A stretch of 40,581 nt of DNA from the sequence record SRR20825019_3158; one strand, given 5' to 3'. Every line of letters starts with the position of its first letter. Position 1 is the stretch's first letter. Below are positions 1-8,367 of this stretch, piece by piece. A program made the translations under genes and the position numbers. The notes below the pieces were generated by a model. That model ran no database searches. It was given only the letters and a program-made list of their open reading frames with translations, and was not told the DNA's origin.

Positions 1-1
1 T

Positions 2-862
2 TCAGATGAATTTGAAGGTAGAAATACAGGTGAACCAGGGCAAAAGAAAGCTATTGACTACTTAAAATCAAATTATTTAAAAATGGGCATTCCGAGTCCG
101 TTAGGAGATGGCGATTACTTTCAGGAAATTCCAGAGAGCTATTTTAGAGGAAACATTAAATCAAGTGAAAATGTAGTAGCTTTTATAAAAGGAAGCGAAA
201 AGCCTGAAGAAATTGTTGTTTTATCTGCCCATTTAGACCACGTCGGTAAAAAGGATGGTAAAATATATAATGGCGCTGATGACGACGGTAGCGGTACTGT
301 AGCGCTGCTAGAAATGGCTCAAGCTTTTCAAAAAGCAGTTAAGGATGGTTATACACCTAAAAGAAGTATTTTGTTCTTACACGTTACTGGAGAGGAAATT
401 GGTCTGTATGGCTCAAAGTTTTATACAGAAAACCCTATTTTCCCTTTGAAAAACACAGTAGCCGATTTAAATGTTGACATGATTGGTAGAATTGGTGAAG
501 GTAAAGAAGGTAATGATAATTATGTATACTTAATAGGCTCTGATAAACTTTCAACAGAATTACACGAACTAAGTGAAATGGTAAATTCTAAATATGTAAA
601 CTTAGAATTAGACTATACTTACAATGACGAAAATGATCCTAATAGATTTTACTATAGAAGTGATCATTATAATTTTGCGAAAAATAATATCCCTATTATA
701 TTTTATTTTAATGGTGTACACGAAGACTATCATCAACCAACAGATACACCAGATAAAATTAACTATGATTTACTGGCAAAAAGAACAAAGTTAATCTTCT
801 TAACAGCTTGGGAAGTTGCTAATAGAGATAAAAGAATTACTGTAGATAAAGCTTCTAAATAA
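2..862 (+). CDS. M28 family zinc metallopeptidase (5'-truncated by window edge)
   Basis: Frame is open from base 2 (SDEFEGRNTGEPGQKKA...). M28 motifs SAHLDH, NGADDDGSG, GEE, SDH and YH are present. Confidence 0.9.
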   Translation, partial: SDEFEGRNTGEPGQKKAIDYLKSNYLKMGIPSPLGDGDYFQEIPESYFRGNIKSSENVVAFIKGSEKPEEIVVLSAHLDHVGKKDGKIYNGADDDGSGTVALLEMAQAFQKAVKDGYTPKRSILFLHVTGEEIGLYGSKFYTENPIFPLKNTVADLNVDMIGRIGEGKEGNDNYVYLIGSDKLSTELHELSEMVNSKYVNLELDYTYNDENDPNRFYYRSDHYNFAKNNIPIIFYFNGVHEDYHQPTDTPDKINYDLLAKRTKLIFLTAWEVANRDKRITVDKASK

Positions 863-886
863 GTAAAGCTTTTTTTAATAACTTAC

Positions 887-921
887 AAAAGCCTAGAGTT
901 TATATCTCTAGGCTTTTTTTT
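887..921 (+). terminator. Intrinsic terminator after the M28 peptidase gene
   Basis: AAAAGCCTAGAG/CTCTAGGCTTTT stem followed by a T-run. Confidence 0.85.
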
Positions 922-1091
922 AATGTCGTATTATAGATGAATTGGTATAAAAGTATTATTAATACTCTTCATATTTAAATTATAAAACTCTAAAGTGTTT
1001 ATTAAATCTTATTAGGCATTAAGGTTTCAACTTGCTGAAACTGCTGTAATCATTATTATTACACCCATTAGTTATACGTATATAACTAAAC

Positions 1092-1124
1092 AAAAAAGAG
1101 CCTTGCAACTTGCAAGGCTCTTTT
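1092..1124 (-). terminator. Intrinsic terminator of secDF (possibly bidirectional)
   Basis: AAAAGAGCCTTGCAA/TTGCAAGGCTCTTTT inverted repeat flanked by A and T runs. Confidence 0.85.
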
Positions 1125-1155
1125 AAATTATTCTATTAAAAATAAACTACTTAAA

Positions 1156-4100
1156 CTAAACTGTAGCATCATTTTCAAGTTCTTCCTTCTCTTTATACTT
1201 AAGATCAATACCACGTTTTTTAACTGTATCAAACATTACTGGAGTTGCAATAAATAATGAAGAATAAGTACCAACTACTACACCTATTATTAATGAGAAC
1301 ATAAAGCCTCTAAGTGGAGCGGCGAAAATAAATATAGCTAGTAACACTATTAACGTTGTTAAAGAGGTATTTAACGTTCTACTCAAAGTACTACTTAATG
1401 CGCTATTTATAATCTTAGACATTGGCCATTGTTCATTTTCATTAAAATACTCACGTATTCTATCAAAGACAACTACCGTATCATTTAAAGAGTAACCTAT
1501 TACTGTAAGTATGGCAGCAATAAATGCCTGATCTATTTCCATATTAAAAGGCATAAACTTGTATGTTAATGAGAATATACCCAATACAATTAATACATCG
1601 TGGAATACAGCAGCAACAGCTCCTAAAGAGAACTGCCATCTTCTAAAACGTAATAAGATATAAAGGAATACTACTAACAGTGATCCTAAAACAGCCCAAA
1701 CAGAAGCCTGTTTAATATCATCTGCAATTGTAGGGCTTACTTTGTAATTACTCATTAAACCAGCTTCCTTATCTGAAGATTCCTGCTTAAAGTCTTCATA
1801 AGTCATGCCTTGAGGAAGGTTTTGCTTTAGCGAGTTATAAAGCATTTCCTGTATTTCATTATCAACTTCTGTACTTGTTTCTTCTACCTTGTACTTCGTT
1901 GTAATCTTTAATTGATTATTTGCTCCTAATGTCTTAGCCTCTGCACTTTCAAAAGTTGCAATTAAGTCTTGCTCAATTTCGTTAGCATCTACATCTTTAT
2001 CAAAACGTACTGTATAAGTTCGTCCTCCAACAAAATCAACACCTTGATCTAATCCTTGTGTAAATAAAGATCCTAAGCCTACAGCTATAATTACTGCAGA
2101 AATTACATAAGCAATTTTACGTTTTTTAAGGAAGTTTACATTTACGTTCTGGAACCATTTTTTAGTGATTGGTGTTGAAAATGCTAATGATTTTCCATTT
2201 TTACCATAACCGTCAATAAATAATCTTGTAATGAAAATTGCAGTAAATAATGATGTTGCAATACCTATTAATAACGTTGTTGCAAAACCTTTAATTGGTC
2301 CTGTACCAAATACTAATAATATAAGACCCGTTAGACCTGTTGTAATGTTTGCATCTAAAATTGAAGATAGTGCATTATTGAAACCATCTTTAATAGAGTC
2401 TTTCTGAGATTTTCCTTTTGCTAACTCTTCTCTAATACGTTCGAAAATAAGTACGTTGGCATCAACCGAAATACCTATTGTTAATACTATACCTGCAATA
2501 CCTGGTAAGGTTAATACCGCTCCTAATCCTGCTAAAATTCCAAATATGAATAAAATGTTTACTACTAAAGCAACATCTGCATAAGCTCCTGCGCGCCCAT
2601 AATAGAATATCATCCAAACTAATACAAATAACAATGCTATCACAAATGACATTAATCCACTATCAATTGCTTCTTGCCCTAATGATGGTCCTACTACTTC
2701 ACTCTGTATAATATCTGCTGATGCTGGTAACTTACCTGCTCGTAAAACATTTGCTAAATCTTGTCCTTCTGCAACAGTAAAGCTTCCTGAAATCTCTGTA
2801 CGACCTCCAGAAATTGCACCACTTGTAGATGATGGCGCAGAGTAAACCACATCATCAAGCACAATTGCTATTGTAGATTGTTGTTGGTAAGCACGACCAG
2901 TCATTTCTTCCCAAATCTTAGCTCCTTTTCCATTCATTTGCATAGAAACTGCTACTTGACCAGCTTGGTTATATACCTGTGCAGCATCTGTTACAACACC
3001 TCCACTTAGTTCTGGCTCATTATCACGGTTTCCTTTTACAGCGTATAACTGCACTAAACCATTCTCATCTTCTATTCCCCAAAGAAATTTAGTGTATTTC
3101 TGTTCTGCTGGTAATAATGCTTTTACTTGAGGTTTCTTTAAATAGCTATTAACTTTAGCAGTATCCTTAGCGTTAAAGACAGCTATTACAGGACCACCTT
3201 GGTAACCTGGTGCTACTATAAGTTCTAATAATGGGTTATTACCTGATGCAACTTCTGTAGAGTCATTTTCTTCAGCTAATAAATCTTCTAAATCATCTCC
3301 TGCTGCAGTTTCAGTAGAATCTGTTACTTGCTCTGCATTTTCAATTTCATTAGAAGTTGATTGAGTTTCTTTTATGTAAGCATCTGCATCAACTAAAAAC
3401 TGACCAAAATTAGAGCCTACTAATCCATCCCAAAATTCCAATTGAGCTGTACTTTGTAATAGTGTTCTTATACGGTCTACATCTTTAGCTCCTGGTAATT
3501 CTACCAAGATACGTCCAGATTCTCCTAAACGTTGAATGTTTGGTTGTGTAACTCCAAACTTATCTATACGCTTACGTAATACCTCGAAAGCAGAAACAAT
3601 GCTTTCATCAATTTTTTTCTTTAATACTGTTGCAACTTCAGCATTAGACATCTCGAAGTTAATCTCGTCACTAAGTGTTTTATTAGCAAAGATATCTGGA
3701 GACGCTAATCTTGCATCTGGAATGTCATTAAATGCTTCAAGAAATAAATCGATATAATCGTCTTGAGCATCTTTTTGAGCTTCGTCTGCATTAGCCAAGG
3801 CTTGGTTAAATGCTGGATCTTTAGAGTTATTAGATAAACCTCTTAAGATATCTTTTACAGAAACTTGAAGAATAACGTTTATACCACCTTTAAGGTCAAG
3901 ACCTTTATTAAGTTCTTTATCCTTAGATTCATTGTAAGTCATCCCTAAGAAACCTTCTTCGTTTCCTATAGAATCTAGATAACGAGTTTCTACCTCTTCA
4001 CGAAGAGCAGAGTAGTTTTCTGTACTCTCGCTAATTTGTTGCTTTGCAAATGCTTCTGCATCGCTTTCTGTCTTGTTAGTAAAAAAAGTAAATGAAAGTT

Positions 4101-4161
4101 GGTACAGAGAGACCAACCCAAACAAAATGGCAAATACTCTAATTAATCCTTTGTTCTGCAT
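1156..4161 (-). CDS. secDF: Protein translocase subunit SecDF (fused)
   Basis: GLDLKGG, VELPG, GPSLG, VDANVLIFERIREE, GVDFVGG and GYSLNDTVVVFDRIRE motifs; 1001 aa. Confidence 0.98.
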   Translation of the reverse strand: MQNKGLIRVFAILFGLVSLYQLSFTFFTNKTESDAEAFAKQQISESTENYSALREEVETRYLDSIGNEEGFLGMTYNESKDKELNKGLDLKGGINVILQVSVKDILRGLSNNSKDPAFNQALANADEAQKDAQDDYIDLFLEAFNDIPDARLASPDIFANKTLSDEINFEMSNAEVATVLKKKIDESIVSAFEVLRKRIDKFGVTQPNIQRLGESGRILVELPGAKDVDRIRTLLQSTAQLEFWDGLVGSNFGQFLVDADAYIKETQSTSNEIENAEQVTDSTETAAGDDLEDLLAEENDSTEVASGNNPLLELIVAPGYQGGPVIAVFNAKDTAKVNSYLKKPQVKALLPAEQKYTKFLWGIEDENGLVQLYAVKGNRDNEPELSGGVVTDAAQVYNQAGQVAVSMQMNGKGAKIWEEMTGRAYQQQSTIAIVLDDVVYSAPSSTSGAISGGRTEISGSFTVAEGQDLANVLRAGKLPASADIIQSEVVGPSLGQEAIDSGLMSFVIALLFVLVWMIFYYGRAGAYADVALVVNILFIFGILAGLGAVLTLPGIAGIVLTIGISVDANVLIFERIREELAKGKSQKDSIKDGFNNALSSILDANITTGLTGLILLVFGTGPIKGFATTLLIGIATSLFTAIFITRLFIDGYGKNGKSLAFSTPITKKWFQNVNVNFLKKRKIAYVISAVIIAVGLGSLFTQGLDQGVDFVGGRTYTVRFDKDVDANEIEQDLIATFESAEAKTLGANNQLKITTKYKVEETSTEVDNEIQEMLYNSLKQNLPQGMTYEDFKQESSDKEAGLMSNYKVSPTIADDIKQASVWAVLGSLLVVFLYILLRFRRWQFSLGAVAAVFHDVLIVLGIFSLTYKFMPFNMEIDQAFIAAILTVIGYSLNDTVVVFDRIREYFNENEQWPMSKIINSALSSTLSRTLNTSLTTLIVLLAIFIFAAPLRGFMFSLIIGVVVGTYSSLFIATPVMFDTVKKRGIDLKYKEKEELENDATV

Positions 4162-4227
4162 TATTCGATAATTTATTGACTTTAGCCTAGTTGCACGGCT
4201 AAATGTGCTCTTATTTTAAAAAACGGA

Positions 4228-4235
4228 CAAATATA
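4228..4235 (-). promoter_or_regulatory. Bacteroidota -7 promoter box for secDF
   Basis: TATATTTG on the minus strand matches TAnnTTTG, about 65 bp upstream of the ATG. Confidence 0.65.
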
Positions 4236-4283
4236 GGGTTTCAGTTAGGAATAGCCAATAATTTCTTTGGTGATGTTATTCAC

Positions 4284-4318
4284 AAAAAAACCTGCTATAT
4301 ATTACTATATAACAGGCT
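4284..4318 (-). terminator. Intrinsic terminator of mdh
   Basis: On the minus strand, CCTGTTATATA/TATATAGCAGG stem (one G-U pair) followed by T7. Confidence 0.7.
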
Positions 4319-4343
4319 TGTATCTAAAATTATTAAGACTTGC

Positions 4344-5270
4344 TTAAAATTCTAATGTGCCATTTGTTTTCTTAACAGCTTCTGCGCTTTCTGTAAGTTT
4401 CGTTTTTTCAGCGTCACTTAAATCTATCTCTACAATCTTCTCAATACCGTTTCTACCTAATATAACTGGAACACCGATAGCGATATCATTTAAATTATAT
4501 TCTCCTTCTAACAATGCAGAACAAGGAAACATTTTTTGTTGGTCGCAAGCAATTGCTTGTACTAAAGCAGATACTGCTGCTCCTGGCGCGTACCAAGCAG
4601 ATGTACCTAAAAGACCTGTTAATGTTGCTCCACCAACTTTAGTGTCTTCCATAACTTGATTTAAGCGGTCTTCAGATAAAAATTCTGAAGCTAATACAGA
4701 GTTACGTGTTGCCAAACGTGTTAAAGGCACCATACCTTTATCACTATGACCACCTATTACCATTCCATCTACATCACTAATTGGTGCTTCTAAAGCTTCT
4801 GCTAGGCGGTACTTAAAACGTGCACTATCTAATGCGCCACCCATACCAATAATTCTGTTCTTTGGTAGGTCTGTAGTTTTATGTACTAAATATGTCATCG
4901 TATCCATTGGGTTACTAACCACAATGATAATTACGTTTGGTGAATGTTTTATGATGTTAGAAGATACATCTTTAACAATACCAGCATTTATACCAATTAA
5001 CTCTTCACGAGTCATACCTGGCTTACGAGGAATACCACTAGTAATTACAGCTATATCACTATTTGCAGTTTTACTATAGTCACTTGTAGATCCTGTTATC
5101 TTGGTATCAAAATGGTTTAAAGATGCTGTTTGCATCAAATCCATCGCTTTTCCTTCTGCGTAACCTTCTTTAATATCTAAAAGGACAACTTCACTAGCAA
5201 AATCTTTTATAGCAATATACTCGGCACAACTTGCACCTACTGCTCCTGCACCTACTACGGTAACTTTCAT
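4344..5270 (-). CDS. mdh: Malate dehydrogenase (LDH-like)
   Basis: GAGAVG Rossmann motif, PRKPGMTREEL, VSNPMD, LDSARF and GGHSD. Confidence 0.97.
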   Translation of the reverse strand: MKVTVVGAGAVGASCAEYIAIKDFASEVVLLDIKEGYAEGKAMDLMQTASLNHFDTKITGSTSDYSKTANSDIAVITSGIPRKPGMTREELIGINAGIVKDVSSNIIKHSPNVIIIVVSNPMDTMTYLVHKTTDLPKNRIIGMGGALDSARFKYRLAEALEAPISDVDGMVIGGHSDKGMVPLTRLATRNSVLASEFLSEDRLNQVMEDTKVGGATLTGLLGTSAWYAPGAAVSALVQAIACDQQKMFPCSALLEGEYNLNDIAIGVPVILGRNGIEKIVEIDLSDAEKTKLTESAEAVKKTNGTLEF

Positions 5271-5306
5271 ATTATTATTTTTTATTTGGTTATTTTAATT
5301 GTTCTG

Positions 5307-5314
5307 CAAAGGTA
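5307..5314 (-). promoter_or_regulatory. -7 promoter box for mdh
   Basis: TACCTTTG on the minus strand, 36 bp upstream of the ATG. Confidence 0.65.
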
Positions 5315-5438
5315 TGGAAATCTGTTGTTTTGGAATATTTAAGACCTTATAAAGTTGTATAAAATTTATAGACAATTACCATATTAATTTTGTGAAGGTG
5401 ACTTTATTTATTTCAAATAAAAAAATTAGGGTTATTTA

Positions 5439-7115
5439 TTATTCTTGCACCTCAACATAGATAACGTTTTCAAAAGCCTCTCCATTCTTTAATAATCCTG
5501 AGACATTTATTTCATAGCGACCCGTTTTATCTGCCGTTATAACTTTAAATGTAGTAGGCTTTAAAGGAATTGATGGTTTCCAAAAAAGTTGAGCTCTAAA
5601 ATCTGGTATATTCTTTTCTGAATTTTCTTTGTAGTTTGGTGTAAAGTATGACTTATCGTACTCCAATGCTTGTAATGTAATCTCTTTAGCTGAAGCATCT
5701 AAAGTATTTGGGTAAAAGTCTTTTTCTTTAGTAACTACAGACACAACACCATTATAAATTTGACTACCTCGTCTATATTGTTCTGGCACAATAGTTATAT
5801 TTTCTATTGTATAAGGGTCTAAGTTAATTAAGGCTTTGGTATTGTATTGCTTAAAACCATCAATCAAAATTAAAGGTGGTTCTTCAGATTGGCTCACAGT
5901 TTCATCTTCATTGTCATAATTATATACAAGAAGGTTATAACCATCATCCGTTTTTCTAAAACCCGCAAGGTTTATAACCTCAATAAAAGTTTCTCTTACA
6001 GTACCAAAACGTGTATATTCATCTAACACAAAAGTTTCCCCCAAAGGCTCATAAAATTTATCTGAAAATTTAGGCTCTAAGATTGTGTCTTTCTTAGCTT
6101 CATAAAATGCATTCTCAATTTGTAGGTCTATACTTTTTTGAAGCAACCAAGAGTTTACGGTCTCACTTACAGACACCGTATTGTAATTTAACTGATTTTT
6201 AAATTTAAATGCTTTGTCATCTAAAGTGATTGATGCATTTGGGAAACTAGCTTCATTTATACTTACCACAGCATTTTGAGATTTATATGGTGCATTTAAC
6301 ACGAAATAAAATTTACCGCTAGTATTTGTGATAGCCTGTAAGTTAATAAAATCTTCGCCAGGCATAGATAAACTCACATTAACATCTTGTAAATTGCCAC
6401 TTGGGCCAGAAACTGTACCACTTATAATTTCTCCTCTTAATTCTGGAATAGCGTTATAGTTTGTTATTGGTTGTATGTTATCGGCATTTGTATCTTCATT
6501 AACTTTAATTGGAAGAACTTCTCTAACTGAAAGTAATGCAAACAAAATATCATCTTGCATAGGCATTACATTTATAGTAAGCTCATCTCTCTTATTTAAT
6601 GTTGAAGTAGAAGTCTCTATTGAAACTACAGAGGTTTTTGAACCCTTTACTACAGAATCGTATGCTATAGTTGCTGTACTGTGCTCCGGTTTGTTATATG
6701 TTTTAAACGTATTTATGACATAAACATCCTTTTCTGCAAATGGTTGTTTTGCATTATATTGAGATAACATAGTGTAGGCTACCAATTTATAATGTCCTGT
6801 AGATAAACTTGTAGGTATAAAGTAGTCTGAGTTTGCCTTACCGTTTGCAACTTGTAGCTTATGTTTAAAGATGCTTGTGTTTGTCTCATCAAATAACTCA
6901 ACGTAAAGCACTTTACTCAAGTTACTAGTTTCGTTATTATTTGTTAATACACACGAGTATAACAGCTTTTCTCCTGCAAGAAAAGTCTGAGAATTACTAG
7001 TAAGGTGTACCGATTCTTCTGGCCACTCTTTTGCAAATTGCTGTGCTTGTATTGTGCTACTGCTAATTATAAGCAGCAAACAAAATTGTAATGTTGTTTG
7101 TATTATTCTTCCCAA
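5439..7115 (-). CDS. Exported protein with macroglobulin-like N- and C-terminal segments and a TonB-plug-like domain, no barrel
   Basis: Signal peptide; 'FLAGEKLLY...SKVLYVEL...LSTGHYKLVAYT'; plug-like 'PLILIDG...LDPYTIENITI...YNGVVSVVTK'; C-terminal 'PDFRAQLFWKP...TGRYEINVSG'. Confidence 0.7.
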   Translation of the reverse strand: MGRIIQTTLQFCLLLIISSSTIQAQQFAKEWPEESVHLTSNSQTFLAGEKLLYSCVLTNNNETSNLSKVLYVELFDETNTSIFKHKLQVANGKANSDYFIPTSLSTGHYKLVAYTMLSQYNAKQPFAEKDVYVINTFKTYNKPEHSTATIAYDSVVKGSKTSVVSIETSTSTLNKRDELTINVMPMQDDILFALLSVREVLPIKVNEDTNADNIQPITNYNAIPELRGEIISGTVSGPSGNLQDVNVSLSMPGEDFINLQAITNTSGKFYFVLNAPYKSQNAVVSINEASFPNASITLDDKAFKFKNQLNYNTVSVSETVNSWLLQKSIDLQIENAFYEAKKDTILEPKFSDKFYEPLGETFVLDEYTRFGTVRETFIEVINLAGFRKTDDGYNLLVYNYDNEDETVSQSEEPPLILIDGFKQYNTKALINLDPYTIENITIVPEQYRRGSQIYNGVVSVVTKEKDFYPNTLDASAKEITLQALEYDKSYFTPNYKENSEKNIPDFRAQLFWKPSIPLKPTTFKVITADKTGRYEINVSGLLKNGEAFENVIYVEVQE

Positions 7116-8326
7116 AATTCTGGTATTTCGTTAGAGTTAGCTATAGTTGTACAGTCGCCACATTCTGGCCTTACAAGAGTTACTTCTGGAAACTGAAAGT
7201 TTACCAATGTATATAAATCTGAATTTACAAGCTGTATGATAAAGTTACGCTCATTACGATCGCCATCTTGAGCAGAGTTATCGTTGTAGCTTAATAATAT
7301 CTCTTCACATTCAAAAAAGTAATCTGGACGTGCTAAATTAAAATCTTCATAGTTAAAGAAAATGCGACTTTCGGTGTAACTGGCAACTTCAAAAAAGCCA
7401 ATAATATTTTCATCTTCATCTGCTTCATTATTAATATTACCTACTACAAAACCTGGCTGATTTTGAGATAAGAAACTTTCTAAATTTCCAAAGTCGTTTA
7501 AAATTCTATAAAATGAATTCGCTTCTATACTTTGAGAATATTGTTTTACCAATATACTGTAGCGCTCTCGTATTATAGGATCTGTATTTGCTATAAATCG
7601 AACCGGAACATTGTTTACAGATGCGCCTGTAACATTTGAAGTAGATGAGATTCTAATACCGAATGAAGGTGCTGTATTATAACACACTCGCTCTTCCTGT
7701 TCTCTTTCTGTTATTACTATATCATACTCAAACCCATTAACTGTATTATCCAGGTTTTGAATATCTATATCTTGATCTGAATGGCTTGGAGCTATTACCT
7801 TATATGTCTCATCGTATTCATACCTAAAGTAATTTACTTGATCACTTGACCCTGTAGAGTTTACAAAAATTTGTAATCCTTGAACATCGTTCTTAACAGC
7901 TGGCTCCACAAAAACAGAATCTATTTGGGCTGTTGCCGGCAGTGATTGCGCAGAAGAAGTATAGGTCTTACCATTTACATTTATTGTTAATGTATAGGTT
8001 AAATCTTGCTGTGCTGCATAAGCTTCTGTAGAGACGTAAACACCATCTACATCATATGTATATGAATAACTTTGACCATTAGATGCTGTTACAACAACAC
8101 TCGCATTATCTACATATGCAGATTCTTGAGAGTTAAGCTCAACTGTTTGAGAGAGTTTTATTTGTTGTATCTCATCTACATCGGTTAAGGTGGCTTCAAC
8201 CACTAACAACGTTTCAAAGTCGAAGGTTTCTAATGGGATTTCATCTTGGCAACTAATTCCTAAGAAAAGTATTCCCAAAACTGCAATTAGCTTAAGTGAA
8301 TTAGTATATGTTTCTTTTAATTTCAT
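7103..8326 (-). CDS. DUF4249 family lipoprotein
   Basis: Probable start is ATG 8326 (MKLKE...LGISC lipobox). LVVEATLT, GNI...IGFFEVAS and C-terminal CGDCT...PEFW motifs. Confidence 0.8.
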   Translation of the reverse strand: MKLKETYTNSLKLIAVLGILFLGISCQDEIPLETFDFETLLVVEATLTDVDEIQQIKLSQTVELNSQESAYVDNASVVVTASNGQSYSYTYDVDGVYVSTEAYAAQQDLTYTLTINVNGKTYTSSAQSLPATAQIDSVFVEPAVKNDVQGLQIFVNSTGSSDQVNYFRYEYDETYKVIAPSHSDQDIDIQNLDNTVNGFEYDIVITEREQEERVCYNTAPSFGIRISSTSNVTGASVNNVPVRFIANTDPIIRERYSILVKQYSQSIEANSFYRILNDFGNLESFLSQNQPGFVVGNINNEADEDENIIGFFEVASYTESRIFFNYEDFNLARPDYFFECEEILLSYNDNSAQDGDRNERNFIIQLVNSDLYTLVNFQFPEVTLVRPECGDCTTIANSNEIPEFWEE

Positions 8327-8367
8327 AAGATATATTTTTCCTGGTATGCTTTGTTTTAAAAACATCC

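Noticed and set aside
4181-4210. SAM-II riboswitch call for the secDF leader (AUUUAGCCGU and GCUAAA resemble SAM-II words)
   Set aside because: Too short to hold the SAM-II P1 and P2b pairings, and the gene context is not methionine or SAM metabolism. Kept only as a generic pseudoknot.
3536-4659. Antisense ORFs within secDF and mdh (and similar short ORFs at 6475, 8190, 12160, 14125, 15602, 16147, 16888, 18080, 18345, 26346, 28172, 28439, 29007, 29493, 30182, 32030, 32570, 35330, 38016)
   Set aside because: Shadow ORFs opposite well-supported genes, with no recognisable motifs.
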